A stretch of 62,694 nt of DNA, counting the filler. It is 3 parts of 3 records of this genome, joined end to end, with 100 filler letters (N's around TTAATTAATTAA, not from the genome) between each part and the next. Parts side by side here need not be neighbours in the genome. Positions count along the whole stretch, not along the records: positions 1 to 24,136 come from DRR378314_392; 2 more parts are not named here. The stretch is one strand, 5' to 3'. Below are positions 10,369 to 20,730 of this stretch, piece after piece. The stretch's first letter is position 1. Each line of letters starts with the position of its first letter. The notes under the pieces are model-generated. The model ran no database searches and was not told the origin of the DNA. It was given only the letters and a program-made list of their open reading frames with translations. The position numbers were made by a program, and so were the translations under genes.

Positions 10369-10833
10369 ATGATCATGAACATTACCGACCGTCTGACCGA
10401 ACTGGGGGTGACCCTGCCTGATGCGCCTGCGCCCGCGGCAAACTATGTGCCATTTGTTCAGGTCGGAAACCTTGTTTACGTCTCTGGCCAAATTGCCAAC
10501 GGGCCGGATGGGTTGATCAAAGGAAAGCTGGGGGATGGCATGTCGGTGGAAGAGGGAGCCGCCGCAGCAAGATCCTGCGCGATCAGCCTGCTGGCACAGG
10601 TCAAGGTGGCCTGTGACGGTGATATTGAACGGCTGGTGCGGGTGGTGAAGCTGACCGGATTTGTGAATTCAACACCGGATTTCACCGAACAGCCGCAGGT
10701 CATCAATGGCTGTTCCGACTTTCTGGGGGACGTCTTGGGCGACAAGGGGCGGCATGCGCGGGCTGCGGTCTCGGCGCCGTCGCTGCCCATGGGCGTCGCG
10801 GTTGAAATCGACGGTATCTTTGAAATCTCATGA
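10369..10833 (+). CDS. RidA/YjgF-family protein
   Basis: PAPAANYVP, YVSGQ, INGCSDFL, GRHARAAVS. The start may be 10375. Confidence 0.9.
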   Translation: MIMNITDRLTELGVTLPDAPAPAANYVPFVQVGNLVYVSGQIANGPDGLIKGKLGDGMSVEEGAAAARSCAISLLAQVKVACDGDIERLVRVVKLTGFVNSTPDFTEQPQVINGCSDFLGDVLGDKGRHARAAVSAPSLPMGVAVEIDGIFEIS

Positions 10834-11591
10834 CCCTGTCGCGTCTGTTCTACGACGTTCCGCTGGCGCATCGGGCGCTGCATGATGTGAACGATGGCCG
10901 CCCCGAAAACAGCCGTGCGGCGATCCGCGCGGCGATTGCTGCGGGCTATGGAATTGAAATTGATGTCCAGCTGAGTGCGGATGGTGCGGCCATGGTGTTT
11001 CACGATTATGCGCTTGACCGGCTGACCGGACAAACGGGACCGGTCCGTTTGCGCGGGGCGAGTGAACTGGCAAAAATCCCGCTGACAGGTGGGGAGGAGG
11101 GCATCCCGGATCTGACCGAGGTGCTGGCCTTGGTCGCCGGGCAGGTGCCCTTGCTGGTCGAGCTGAAAGATCAAGACGGTGGTATGGGCCCGGATGTTGG
11201 CCCGCTTGAACACGCGGTGGCGGATGCTTTGGCGGGATACGCAGGGCCGCTGGCGGTGATGTCATTCAACCCCCATTCCGTGGCCCGCATGGCGCAATTG
11301 CTGCCGGATGTGCCGCGCGGGATTGTGACCAGTGCCTATCGCTACAACGACTGGCCGCTGCCACGCGCAACCTGTGATCATCTGCGCGCCATCCCGGATT
11401 ACGACCGAACGGGTGCCTGTTTCATCAGCCATGAGGTGGATGATCTTTCCGCGCCGCGTGTTGCAGCGTTAAAGGAACAGGGGGCGATGATCTGTTGTTG
11501 GACGGTGCGCAGCGCTGCGCAAGAGCAAGAGGCGCGGAAAATAGCGGATAATATTACCTTTGAGGGGTACACGGCCAAACGTAACGCTTGA
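10830..11591 (+). CDS. Glycerophosphodiester phosphodiesterase-family protein
   Basis: AHRALHD, PENS, GIEIDVQLSADG, VFHD, LVELK, WTV. Confidence 0.9.
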   Translation: MTLSRLFYDVPLAHRALHDVNDGRPENSRAAIRAAIAAGYGIEIDVQLSADGAAMVFHDYALDRLTGQTGPVRLRGASELAKIPLTGGEEGIPDLTEVLALVAGQVPLLVELKDQDGGMGPDVGPLEHAVADALAGYAGPLAVMSFNPHSVARMAQLLPDVPRGIVTSAYRYNDWPLPRATCDHLRAIPDYDRTGACFISHEVDDLSAPRVAALKEQGAMICCWTVRSAAQEQEARKIADNITFEGYTAKRNA

Positions 11592-11640
11592 AACCCCCGG
11601 CTATCGCCACAAGTAATGCGGCAGGTATAGAGGGCAGCAA

Positions 11641-12828
11641 ATGAGTGCGCAAAGCATCGAAATCAGGTTGATCGGCACCATTGCCGAAATCGGCCAAGCG
11701 GATTGGGATGCCTGTGCCTGCCCCGAAACGGCGGATGGCAGCCCGCCGATTGATCCCTTCACAACCTACCGCTTTTTATCAGCGTTGGAGGAAAGCGGCA
11801 GCGTCGGGCGGGGCACCGGCTGGCAGCAGCAGCATTTGGCGGCCTTTATCGAAGGGCAGTTGATCGCCGTTGCACCGCTTTATGCCAAGATGCACTCACA
11901 GGGCGAATATGTCTTTGATCACAACTGGGCCCATGCGCTGGAACGGGCGGGCGGCAGTTATTACCCGAAGTTGCAGATTGCGGTGCCTCATACCCCTGCC
12001 ACCGGTCGGCGGTTCCTGACACGCCCCGGCTTTGAACAGGTGGGCACTCAGGCGCTGATTCAGGGTGCGGTTCAGGTGACGGAAAACAACAACCTGTCTT
12101 CGGTTCACATTACCTTTTGTACACAGGAAGAGGCGCGGGTTGGCGAAGAGATGGGGCTGATGATCCGCAAGGGGCAGCAGTTTCACTGGCGCAATGACAG
12201 CTATGCGGACTTTGACGGGTTTCTGGCCAGTCTCAACGCCCGCAAACGAAAGAACATTCGCAAGGAACGGGCGCAGGCGCAGGGGTTCGGCGGGGATATC
12301 CACAGCTTTACCGGTGATCAGATACAGCTTGAACACTGGGACGCCTTCTGGCGATTTTATCAGGATACCGGTGCGCGCAAATGGGGCACCCCGTACCTCA
12401 CCCGCCAGTTTTTTGATATTGCACAGGACACCCTGCGCGACGACATGGTTTTGGTGCTGGCGCAGCGGGACGGGCAATGGGTTGCCGGTGCGTTGAATTT
12501 TATCGGCGCCGATACGCTCTATGGTCGCTACTGGGGCTGTGTGGAGCATCATCCCTGCTTGCATTTTGAGCTGTGTTACTATCAAGCCATCGACATCGCG
12601 ATTGCCAGAGGGTTGGCAACCGTAGAGGCGGGCGCACAGGGCGAACATAAACTTGCCCGTGGGTATCTGCCGACGGCGACCTGGTCGCTGCATTGGATGC
12701 GCGACGAAGGGTTCGCACGGGCGGTAGGGGATTACTTGCAGGCCGAACGGGATGCGGTGGATCAGGAAATTGAGATTTTGACAGAATACGGGCCGTTCAA
12801 ACGCGCCCGAGTTGAGGAGCAGGAATGA
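11641..12828 (+). CDS. FemAB-like tandem GNAT protein (DUF482/COG3146-type), function unknown
   Basis: [46 protein letters not shown]. Confidence 0.88.
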   Translation: MSAQSIEIRLIGTIAEIGQADWDACACPETADGSPPIDPFTTYRFLSALEESGSVGRGTGWQQQHLAAFIEGQLIAVAPLYAKMHSQGEYVFDHNWAHALERAGGSYYPKLQIAVPHTPATGRRFLTRPGFEQVGTQALIQGAVQVTENNNLSSVHITFCTQEEARVGEEMGLMIRKGQQFHWRNDSYADFDGFLASLNARKRKNIRKERAQAQGFGGDIHSFTGDQIQLEHWDAFWRFYQDTGARKWGTPYLTRQFFDIAQDTLRDDMVLVLAQRDGQWVAGALNFIGADTLYGRYWGCVEHHPCLHFELCYYQAIDIAIARGLATVEAGAQGEHKLARGYLPTATWSLHWMRDEGFARAVGDYLQAERDAVDQEIEILTEYGPFKRARVEEQE

Positions 12829-13133
12829 CAGAAAAACTAAGTGAAGAGACCCGCAAGACGGTGTTAAAGCCGTTGTTTGATACCGGGTGGGCGATGGTTG
12901 ACGGGCGCGATGCGATCCACAAGACTTATGTCTTTGACAATTTTGTCTCGGCTTTTGGCTGGATGACGCAGGTTGCGATCTGGGCAGAGAAATGGGACCA
13001 CCATCCGGAATGGGACAACGTTTACAAGACGGTAAACGTAACCTTGACCACCCATGATGTAGACGGGTTAAGTGCTTTGGATGCCAAACTGGCGCGCAAA
13101 ATGGATGGGCTGTTTGGCGGAGGTGCTCCCTGA
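12825..13133 (+). CDS. phhB: Pterin-4-alpha-carbinolamine dehydratase
   Basis: [10 protein letters not shown] and [13 protein letters not shown] signatures. Confidence 0.9.
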   Translation: MTEKLSEETRKTVLKPLFDTGWAMVDGRDAIHKTYVFDNFVSAFGWMTQVAIWAEKWDHHPEWDNVYKTVNVTLTTHDVDGLSALDAKLARKMDGLFGGGAP

Positions 13134-13999
13134 TGGATGAGGTGCAAAATACAATGGATTCAATGCTGACCACCGAGATCTGGCAGGGTAAATCCCTCGC
13201 GGACCTGTTGACGCTTGAATTTCTGGCCAGTGCCGCCGGGTCGATACTGGGCGCAATCGTTATTCTGTTACTGGGGTGGATCGTTTCGGCGTGGTTGCAA
13301 AGGCGGGTCGCCAATCTGGGCCGCAAGAACAAACATCTGGATGAGATGTTGTTCGATTTTCTGGCGTCGATTGTGCGCTATGTGGTGCTGGGCTTTACGC
13401 TGTTGTTTGTACTCAACACTTTCGGGGTTCAGACAACCTCGGTGGTGGCAGTTATCGGTGCTGCCGGTCTGGCGATTGGTCTGGCATTGCAGGGAACATT
13501 ATCGAACGTCGCGGCAGGGGTGATGTTGATCCTGTTCCGCCCGATTAAGATAGGTGATTTCGTTGAAGTTGCTGATGAGATGGGGACGGTGAAACAGATC
13601 AATCTGAACTTCACCGAACTGGCGGATCTAAGCAACGTTCAGGTCATCGTGCCCAACTCCGAAGTTTGGGGCAATGTGATCACCAATTATTCCACCAACG
13701 ACAAACGCCGGGCGGAATGGACCTTTGGCGTGGGGTATGGTGCCAACCTCAAGGATGCCGAAACCATTATCCGTGATACCATCATGGCAGATCCACGCGC
13801 CCATGCGGACCCTGCACCCTTTGTACAGGTGACAAACCTTGGTGATAGCTCAGTCGATTTTCTGGTGCGAGTCTGGTGCAATGCCAGCGACTATTTCTCG
13901 TTTCGCGCGGATATGACGCGTCAGGTCAAAGAGGCGCTGGACGCCGGTGGCGTGGATATTCCGTTCCCGACACGGACCATGATCCAAGCCTCCAACTAA
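13133..13999 (+). CDS. mscS: Small-conductance mechanosensitive channel (MscS family)
   Basis: GAAGLAIGLALQGTLSNVAAG, RPIKIGD, IPFP. Confidence 0.92.
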   Translation: MDEVQNTMDSMLTTEIWQGKSLADLLTLEFLASAAGSILGAIVILLLGWIVSAWLQRRVANLGRKNKHLDEMLFDFLASIVRYVVLGFTLLFVLNTFGVQTTSVVAVIGAAGLAIGLALQGTLSNVAAGVMLILFRPIKIGDFVEVADEMGTVKQINLNFTELADLSNVQVIVPNSEVWGNVITNYSTNDKRRAEWTFGVGYGANLKDAETIIRDTIMADPRAHADPAPFVQVTNLGDSSVDFLVRVWCNASDYFSFRADMTRQVKEALDAGGVDIPFPTRTMIQASN

Positions 14000-14006
14000 G
14001 ATGGTT

Positions 14007-14044
14007 AAGCGGGGCGCAGTGGAACGCGTCCCGCTTCTTTTTAT
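14007..14044 (+). terminator. Intrinsic terminator after mscS
   Basis: AAGCGGGGCGC...GCGTCCCGCTT hairpin followed by CTTTTTAT. Confidence 0.65.
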
Positions 14045-14533
14045 TTACATGCTCGCAAGCAGACCTTCGCCGCCTGATACGTCACAGACGCCGGGGCTTT
14101 CTTCTTCTTGCAGCAGCGTGACCTTGCCGTCATCCACCAGCATTGCATAACGTTTGGACCGTGCGATCAGCCCGGCGGGTGCTGCGTCAAAATCCATGCC
14201 GATGGCTTTGGTGAATTCGGATGAGGCGTCGGCCAGCATGGTGATCCCCGCCGCAGTTGCGCCAGTTGCCTCACCCCATGCTTTCATCACGAAGGGATCG
14301 TTGCAGGAAACACAGATGATTTCGTCTACACCTTTGGCATCAAAGTCACCTTTGGTACGCACGAAGCTGGGCACATGGGCGGAATGGCAGGTGGGTGTAA
14401 AGGCACCGGGCACAGCAAAGACAACAACCTTGCGGCCTTTGACCTTGTCAGCCATTTTCACGGGTGCCGGTCCATCAGCGCCCATTTCCACCAATGTTGC
14501 GTCGGGCAGGGTATCGCCTTGGGTAATTGTCAT
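14045..14533 (-). CDS. Peroxiredoxin, Prx5 subfamily
   Basis: PGAFTPTCHSAHVP, NDPFVM, RSKRYAMLV. Confidence 0.93.
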   Translation of the reverse strand: MTITQGDTLPDATLVEMGADGPAPVKMADKVKGRKVVVFAVPGAFTPTCHSAHVPSFVRTKGDFDAKGVDEIICVSCNDPFVMKAWGEATGATAAGITMLADASSEFTKAIGMDFDAAPAGLIARSKRYAMLVDDGKVTLLQEEESPGVCDVSGGEGLLASM

Positions 14534-14620
14534 AGCATATGCCTTTCATGTGATTGCCTATCTTGGCATGCAGCATATAGATTCCGCCGGTAAGGGCGAC
14601 CAGTTAATCGGAGAGAATTC

Positions 14621-15829
14621 ATGGCTCATGTAATCGTTATCGGCGCGGGGCAGGCGGGGTCGTCCTGTGTGGCCAAGCTGCGCAATGGCGGGTTTGACGG
14701 GGATGTGACTTTGATCGGTGCGGAACCGGTGCCACCTTACCAGCGTCCCCCGCTGAGCAAAGCCTACCTGATGGGGGAGATGACGCTGGAACGGCTGTTC
14801 CTGCGGCCGGAGAGTTTCTATGACGAGCTGAACATTGATCTGCGTTTGAACGCTTGGGTGGATGGGATTGATGCGCAGGCGCAGAAGGTTTCGATTGGCG
14901 GCGATGTGCTGGCCTATGATGACCTTGTACTGACCACAGGATCAGAGCCCAACCGCCTGCCTGCCGCCATTGGCGGGGCGCTGGACGGGGTGCATGTGGT
15001 GCGCGATCTGGCAGATGTGGATGGCATGGCCCCGCGATTTGCCAAAGGCGCGAAGGTGCTGATTGTCGGGGGTGGCTATATCGGGCTTGAGGCGGCATCG
15101 GTCGCCGCCAAACTGGGGTTACAGGTCGCTCTGGTCGAGATGTCAGAGCGGATTTTGCAACGAGTTGCGGCGCCTGAAACCAGTGATTTCTTTCGCGCTC
15201 TGCACAAGGGGCATGGCGTGGATATTCGCGAAGGTGTCGGGCTGGAAACATTGTTGGGCGAGGGGGCCGTCAGTGGCGCTCGCCTGTCGGACGGCACCGA
15301 GCTGGAGGTTGATTTTGTGATTGTCGGTGTTGGCATTCGCCCCGCGACAGGTTTGGCAGAAGCTGCCGGTGTTGCCCTTGAAAATGGGATCAAAGTGGAT
15401 GCGCAGGGGCGTACCTCGGTCAGCGGGATCTGGGCGGCGGGGGATTGTTCCTCCTTTCCCTATCGGGGCGGGCGTATCCGTTTGGAATCGGTGCCCAATG
15501 CGATTGAGCAGGCAGAGCTGGTCGCGGAAAACATCATGGGTGCGGGCAAGGATTATGTTGCCAAACCGTGGTTCTGGTCGGATCAATATGATGTCAAACT
15601 ACAGATTGCCGGGCTGAATACGGGCTATGACCGCGTTGTGACGCGCCGCACAGATGCAGATAGCGTGGCGTTTTGGTATTACCGGGGGGATGAATTGCTG
15701 GCGGTGGATGCGATGAACGATCCGCGCGGCTTTATGGTTGGTAAGCGGTTGATTGAAAACGGTAAGTCACCGGCAGCAGAGTTGATCGCTGATCCCGCAA
15801 CGGAGCTGAAGGCCTTGTTGAAAGCGTGA
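14621..15829 (+). CDS. FAD/NAD(P)-dependent ferredoxin reductase-like oxidoreductase
   Basis: GAGQAG, YQRPPLSK, GGGYIGLE, WAAGDC, PWFWSDQY. Confidence 0.92.
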   Translation: MAHVIVIGAGQAGSSCVAKLRNGGFDGDVTLIGAEPVPPYQRPPLSKAYLMGEMTLERLFLRPESFYDELNIDLRLNAWVDGIDAQAQKVSIGGDVLAYDDLVLTTGSEPNRLPAAIGGALDGVHVVRDLADVDGMAPRFAKGAKVLIVGGGYIGLEAASVAAKLGLQVALVEMSERILQRVAAPETSDFFRALHKGHGVDIREGVGLETLLGEGAVSGARLSDGTELEVDFVIVGVGIRPATGLAEAAGVALENGIKVDAQGRTSVSGIWAAGDCSSFPYRGGRIRLESVPNAIEQAELVAENIMGAGKDYVAKPWFWSDQYDVKLQIAGLNTGYDRVVTRRTDADSVAFWYYRGDELLAVDAMNDPRGFMVGKRLIENGKSPAAELIADPATELKALLKA

Positions 15830-16386
15830 GGATCATCGCTGGAAAATCACGCGGCACGGTCCTCGCCGATGTTGGTAAAGGCGACGCTGCGGCCCATCTG
15901 CGCCCCACGTCAGACCGGGTGCGCGAAAGCCTGTTTTCCATGCTGACGCATCACAATGTGATCAACGGCGCGCGCGTGCTGGACCTGTTTGCGGGAACCG
16001 GTGCCTTGGGGCTGGAAGCGCTGTCGCGTGGGGCGGCATCGGCGTGTTTTGTCGAAAACGGGCGGGTTGGGCAGCGGTTGATTGGTGAAAACATCGTGAA
16101 ACTGCGGGTCGAAGAACAGACCACGGTGCTGCGGGATGATGCGACGCGGCTGGGGCCGTGGCGGCAGGCCCCGTTTGACCTGATTTTTCTGGACCCGCCC
16201 TATGGCAAGGGGATGGGGCAGCAGGCGCTGGCCGCCGCGCAGACAGGCGGCTGGCTGGCCAAGGGGGCGATGATCGTTTGGGAGGAGAACACCCCCCAAT
16301 TCGCGCCAAAGGGGTTCACCCGCCTGGACAGCCGCAAATACGGCGATACCCATGTGACCCTTCTGGAAGTTACGCCAGATCCCTGA
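15826..16386 (+). CDS. rsmD: 16S rRNA m2G966 methyltransferase RsmD
   Basis: MRIIAG, LRPTSDRVRE, LDLFAGTGALGLEALSRGA, FLDPPY. Confidence 0.94.
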   Translation: MRIIAGKSRGTVLADVGKGDAAAHLRPTSDRVRESLFSMLTHHNVINGARVLDLFAGTGALGLEALSRGAASACFVENGRVGQRLIGENIVKLRVEEQTTVLRDDATRLGPWRQAPFDLIFLDPPYGKGMGQQALAAAQTGGWLAKGAMIVWEENTPQFAPKGFTRLDSRKYGDTHVTLLEVTPDP

Positions 16387-17581
16387 TCGCCGCACCCAAG
16401 CGCTTCATGCCCTCGTTAATCTGGGTTTCATCCGCCAATGAATAGGCAAGGCGCAGGGTATTCGCGCCTGATCGGTCGGCAAAGAAGGCCTGTCCGGGCA
16501 CAAAGGCCAGTTTCTGCGTTTCAAGTGCGTGGCGCAATAGGTCGCCGCCGTCCATGTTTTTGGGCAAGGTCACCCAGACAAACATCCCGCCTTCGGGTTT
16601 TGTCCATGTCACACCCTCTGGCATATGCTCTTGCAATGCGGTCAGTATGGTGTCGCGGCGCACCCGGTAAACCCGGCGCAGGTTGGCAGTGTGATCGGCA
16701 AAGACCGACCGCGCAACCTTGTTGATTGCCATCTGGTTCAGGGTTGCGGAATGCAGGTCTGCTGCCTGTTTCATCAGCACAAGACGGCTGATCACAGGTG
16801 CTGCGCCACAGATCCATCCGACCCGTAAACCGGGGGCAAGCGTTTTGGAAAAGCTACCACAGTAAAGCGTGCGGCAATCGTCGATATTGCCCTTTCGCGC
16901 GATCTCAAGCGCCAGCATCGGCGGGATCGGATCACCGTCAAAACGCAGGGATTGATAGGCGGAATCCTCGATCACCGCGATATCCAGCGTATCGGCCAGA
17001 TCAAGGATGTTTTCGCGCGCCGCGCGGTCCAGTGTCTCACCGGTGGGGTTGGCGAAATCGACGGAGGCATAGGCGAATTTCACCCGCCCGCCCTTGTCCT
17101 CGGCGGTCTTTGCGTAATCCTCGGCCAGACGGTTGCCGCGCGGGATCAGCCGGTCGTAATGGGGTTCATAGGCGTTAAATGCCCCCAATGCGCCCAGATA
17201 GGTGGGCCAGCCAATCAGTGCCGTGTCATTTGGCGACAGCATCAGTTTGCCCAGATAGTCCAGCGCCTGTTGCGAGCCGGAGGTAATCAGCACGTTGTCG
17301 CGGGTGCAAGGCACACCGAGGGCAGTCATTTCGTCGACGATCCAGTCACGCAGCGGGCCGTAGCCTTCGGAAACGGAATATTGCAAGGCGGCGCTGCTGT
17401 TTGCAGGGGCCAGCGCGTCGGCCATAGCCTCCTGAAAGGCCTGTACTGGAAACAAGGCAGGGTCGGGGATGCCGCCAGCGAACGAAATGATATCTGGCTG
17501 GTCCAGCAGCTTAAGCAGCTCGCGAATCTCGCTGGCCTTCATCCGGTCCATGCGGGTGGCGAAAATCTCTTGCCAATTCAT
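16370..17581 (-). CDS. PLP-dependent aminotransferase (2-aminoadipate transaminase/MocR-effector-like family)
   Basis: SEIRELLK, ISFAGGIPDP, NPTG, GSFSKTLAPGLRVGW, PEGGMFVW. No N-terminal HTH domain. Confidence 0.9.
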   Translation of the reverse strand: MNWQEIFATRMDRMKASEIRELLKLLDQPDIISFAGGIPDPALFPVQAFQEAMADALAPANSSAALQYSVSEGYGPLRDWIVDEMTALGVPCTRDNVLITSGSQQALDYLGKLMLSPNDTALIGWPTYLGALGAFNAYEPHYDRLIPRGNRLAEDYAKTAEDKGGRVKFAYASVDFANPTGETLDRAARENILDLADTLDIAVIEDSAYQSLRFDGDPIPPMLALEIARKGNIDDCRTLYCGSFSKTLAPGLRVGWICGAAPVISRLVLMKQAADLHSATLNQMAINKVARSVFADHTANLRRVYRVRRDTILTALQEHMPEGVTWTKPEGGMFVWVTLPKNMDGGDLLRHALETQKLAFVPGQAFFADRSGANTLRLAYSLADETQINEGMKRLGAAIRDLA

Positions 17582-17680
17582 GTCAGAATCCCTTCCCTAT
17601 TTAGGGCAAGACATCACAGCTTAGAAATTATGGCAATAGTTATTACCTAAAGGCGCAAGAAAATTACGCCGTCGGAAAGC

Positions 17681-18505
17681 TTAGCCGTAGGTTGGGTGGA
17701 ATTTACCTGCTGGTGAAAGGGTAAAGATTTCAACACCGTCCTCTGTGACACCAACAGAATGTTCAAACTGTGCCGACAGGGATTTGTCGCGTGTTACTGC
17801 GGTCCAGTCATCGGAGAGTGTCTTGGTCTCGGCGCGGCCAAGGTTCACCATGGGTTCGATGGTGAAAAACATCCCCGGCTCCAGCACCGCACCCGTTCCG
17901 GGTTTGCCATAATGCAGGACGTTGGGCGGGGAATGAAACACACGCCCCAGCCCGTGACCGCAAAAGTCGGTGACAACAGACATGCGCTGCGCCTCGACAA
18001 AACTCTGAATGGCATAGCCGATGTCGCCAAAGGTGTTGCCGGGTTTCACCGCCTCGATCCCGCGCATCAGGGATTTATGTGTGATATCAATCAGCCGCTC
18101 GGCTTTGCGTGACAACTTGCCAGCCACATACATGCGGCTTGTGTCGCCGAACCAGCCATCCACGATCACCGTGACATCAATGTTCAGGATGTCGCCGTCT
18201 TTCAGCTTTTTGTCGCCCGGAATGCCGTGGCAAACCACATGGTTCACCGAAATACAGCTGGCGTGCTGATAGCCCTTATAGCCGATGGTGGCAGATTTCG
18301 CGCCGGCGGCATTCACCTTTTCTTCGATGATGCGGTCAATCTCGGCGGTGGTCTGACCGACAAAAACATGCTCCGCGATTTCATCCAGAATGGTCGCGGC
18401 AAGCGCACCCGCCGCATACATGCCGGCAGAATCGGATGGGTCGTAAATGCGAATGCCGTCTTTTGTCTGGCGGCCACGGTGTTGTTCAGTCACCGGTTTC
18501 TCCAA
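17681..18505 (-). CDS. map: Methionine aminopeptidase type I
   Basis: CISVNHVVCHGIP, DVT, GDTSR, GHGLG, FTIEPM, SAQFEHS. Confidence 0.96.
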   Translation of the reverse strand: MEKPVTEQHRGRQTKDGIRIYDPSDSAGMYAAGALAATILDEIAEHVFVGQTTAEIDRIIEEKVNAAGAKSATIGYKGYQHASCISVNHVVCHGIPGDKKLKDGDILNIDVTVIVDGWFGDTSRMYVAGKLSRKAERLIDITHKSLMRGIEAVKPGNTFGDIGYAIQSFVEAQRMSVVTDFCGHGLGRVFHSPPNVLHYGKPGTGAVLEPGMFFTIEPMVNLGRAETKTLSDDWTAVTRDKSLSAQFEHSVGVTEDGVEIFTLSPAGKFHPTYG

Positions 18506-18525
18506 TCGGTTATTGCAGGGACTTC

Positions 18526-19239
18526 CTAGCGTGTCGGGCGGCCAAGGGCCAGAGGCCCGGCAAGTGTTACCGCCTGCGGTGTGATATGGGTGGCGATGCA
18601 GAGGGTTTCCACCCCTGCCTCTGTCGCCGCAGCATGGGCGGCGGCATAGGTCGGGTCAATGTCGGCGGCCATGGTCACATGGGTGCAATCGGTGCGCTGT
18701 ACCAGATAGAGCAGCACAGCGCGGTGGCCTGCGCGTGCAACCTCTGCCAGTTCACCCAGATGTTTGGCTCCTCGTGCGGTGACGCTGTCGGGAAACTCGG
18801 CCAGCCCCTTTTCGCGCGAAAGGGTGACGGATTTCACTTCGACATAGGCGTCGGGCAGGTCGGGTTCGCTCAGCAGAAAATCAATGCGTGAATTGGTGCC
18901 GTATTTCACTTCGGGCCGCACGGTGGTGTAGCTTTCAAGCCCGACAATCTCGCGCGTCTCCAGTGCTGCCCGCACCGCTTTATTGGGCAGGGAGGTATCG
19001 ACGCCGGTGAAATTGCCATCCTCGTGATCAACCAACCGCCAGCCGTAGTTTAGTTTCTTCTTGGGATCGTCGTTCGGCTCCAGCCAGATTTTCGTGCCTT
19101 CTTCGGCTAACCCCATCATCGAACCGGGGTTGGCGCAATGGGCCACCACTTCACTCCCGTCCTCCAGCCTGCAATCGGCCAGAAACCGTTTATAGCGGCG
19201 GATCAGGCGGGCGGGGACAAGTTGGGTTTGAAAGCGCAT
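18526..19239 (-). CDS. sfsA: SfsA DNA/RNA nuclease-fold protein
   Basis: RRYKRFLAD, AHCANPGSM, SRIDFLL, YVEVKSVT, FPDSVTARGAKHL. Start at ATG 19239. Confidence 0.94.
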   Translation of the reverse strand: MRFQTQLVPARLIRRYKRFLADCRLEDGSEVVAHCANPGSMMGLAEEGTKIWLEPNDDPKKKLNYGWRLVDHEDGNFTGVDTSLPNKAVRAALETREIVGLESYTTVRPEVKYGTNSRIDFLLSEPDLPDAYVEVKSVTLSREKGLAEFPDSVTARGAKHLGELAEVARAGHRAVLLYLVQRTDCTHVTMAADIDPTYAAAHAAATEAGVETLCIATHITPQAVTLAGPLALGRPTR

Positions 19240-19286
19240 GGGGTGCGGCCTATACCCTAAATAAAACACGCTCAAGGAGAAGCGCC

Positions 19287-20006
19287 ATGTCCAACCCTAC
19301 CGCTGCCATGATCGTGATCGGGGATGAAATTCTGTCGGGCCGTACCCGGGACAGCAATATGCACCATCTTGCAGGGCAATTGACCGAGGCCGGTATCGAT
19401 CTGGAAGAAGTGAGGATGATCGGTGACAAACGGGGCACAATCATTGCGGCAGTGCAGGCGATGTCGGCGGCCTATGACTATGTGTTCACCAGTGGCGGCA
19501 TCGGCCCGACCCATGATGACATCACCGCGGATTGCATCGCGGCGGCCTTTGGCGCGCCGATTGATGTGCGTGATGATGCGCGGGCGGTGCTGGCAGAGCA
19601 CTATGCCAAGTCGGGCACTGAATTGAACGCGGCGCGGCTGCGCATGGCGCGTATCCCTGACGGGGCTGAGCTGATTGACAATCCAGTCTCCGCCGCCCCG
19701 GGTTTCAAGCTGGAAAACGTGCATGTGATGGCTGGGGTGCCATCGGTGTTCATGGCCATGGTTGCCTCTGTGCTGCCGACGTTGACCGGAGGGGCACCAT
19801 TGATCAGTAAAACCCTGCGGATCGAACGGGGCGAGGGGGATATCGCTGGCCCCTTGGGTGAACTGGCGGAGGCTTTCCCGCTGCTGTCGATGGGATCTTA
19901 TCCGTTTCAGAAAGACGGCAAATACGGCGCACATATTGTGATCCGTGGTAATGACACGGATCAGATAGACCGCGCATTGTCTCAGCTTGAGGCGGCGTTT
20001 TCGTGA
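19287..20006 (+). CDS. CinA-like molybdopterin-binding-fold protein (COG1058 domain only)
   Basis: IGDEILSGRTRDSN, SGGIGPTHDDIT, NPVSAAPG. No PncC domain. Confidence 0.9.
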   Translation: MSNPTAAMIVIGDEILSGRTRDSNMHHLAGQLTEAGIDLEEVRMIGDKRGTIIAAVQAMSAAYDYVFTSGGIGPTHDDITADCIAAAFGAPIDVRDDARAVLAEHYAKSGTELNAARLRMARIPDGAELIDNPVSAAPGFKLENVHVMAGVPSVFMAMVASVLPTLTGGAPLISKTLRIERGEGDIAGPLGELAEAFPLLSMGSYPFQKDGKYGAHIVIRGNDTDQIDRALSQLEAAFS

Positions 20007-20722
20007 CCCCGCCCCTGTCAGAGGTTTTTGCCGCCTCCGAGGCCACATGGCCCGCTGCCCGCATTTGGGAGCAGGATGGATTCACCCTGCGCGACGGGCA
20101 AGGCGGTGGGCAACGGGTGTCGGCAGCGACGGCCGCGGGGGCGGTGAGTGAGGATCAGATCACGGCGGCAGAGAATGCAATGCAGGCCATCGGCCAGCGC
20201 CCGATATTCTGTGAACGTGGTGAAACGGCACAACTTGATGCAGCGCTTGCAGCACGCGGGTATAAAATCAAAGACCCAACAACCTGTTATGTCCTGCCCA
20301 TTGAAAAACTGACCGATGTTGAAATTCCACGGGTAACCGCCTTTAGCATCTGGGAACCACTTGCCATCATGAACGAGATCTGGGCGACCGATGGCATAGG
20401 TCAGGCGCGCCGTGATGTTATGGCAAGGGCGGCCTGCAAGACGGGTATTTTGGCACGGTGGAACGAAAAACCGGCAGGCGCGGCTTTTGTCGGAGCGCAT
20501 GACAGGATTTGCATGGTGCATGGACTGGTTGTCTTGCCCCATCAGCGCCGGCAGGGGGTGGCCGAATGGATGATGCGGCGCGCGGCCTTTTGGGGGCAGG
20601 CGCAGGGAGCCACGCATATCTCTGTGCTTTGTGTGGATGCCAACGCGGGGGCCAATGCGCTTTACCGCGCTCTGGGCTTTGAAGCTGTGGGCGGATACCA
20701 TTACCGGGTAACGCACGATTAA
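20003..20722 (+). CDS. GNAT-family N-acetyltransferase
   Basis: Motif A PHQRRQGVA and C-terminal NAGANALYRALGF. GTGA overlap with the upstream gene. Confidence 0.85.
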   Translation: MTPPLSEVFAASEATWPAARIWEQDGFTLRDGQGGGQRVSAATAAGAVSEDQITAAENAMQAIGQRPIFCERGETAQLDAALAARGYKIKDPTTCYVLPIEKLTDVEIPRVTAFSIWEPLAIMNEIWATDGIGQARRDVMARAACKTGILARWNEKPAGAAFVGAHDRICMVHGLVVLPHQRRQGVAEWMMRRAAFWGQAQGATHISVLCVDANAGANALYRALGFEAVGGYHYRVTHD

Positions 20723-20730
20723 AGGATCAG

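Noticed and set aside
16370..16386. 17-nt convergent overlap of rsmD and the aminotransferase gene
   Set aside because: A common feature of compact bacterial genomes.
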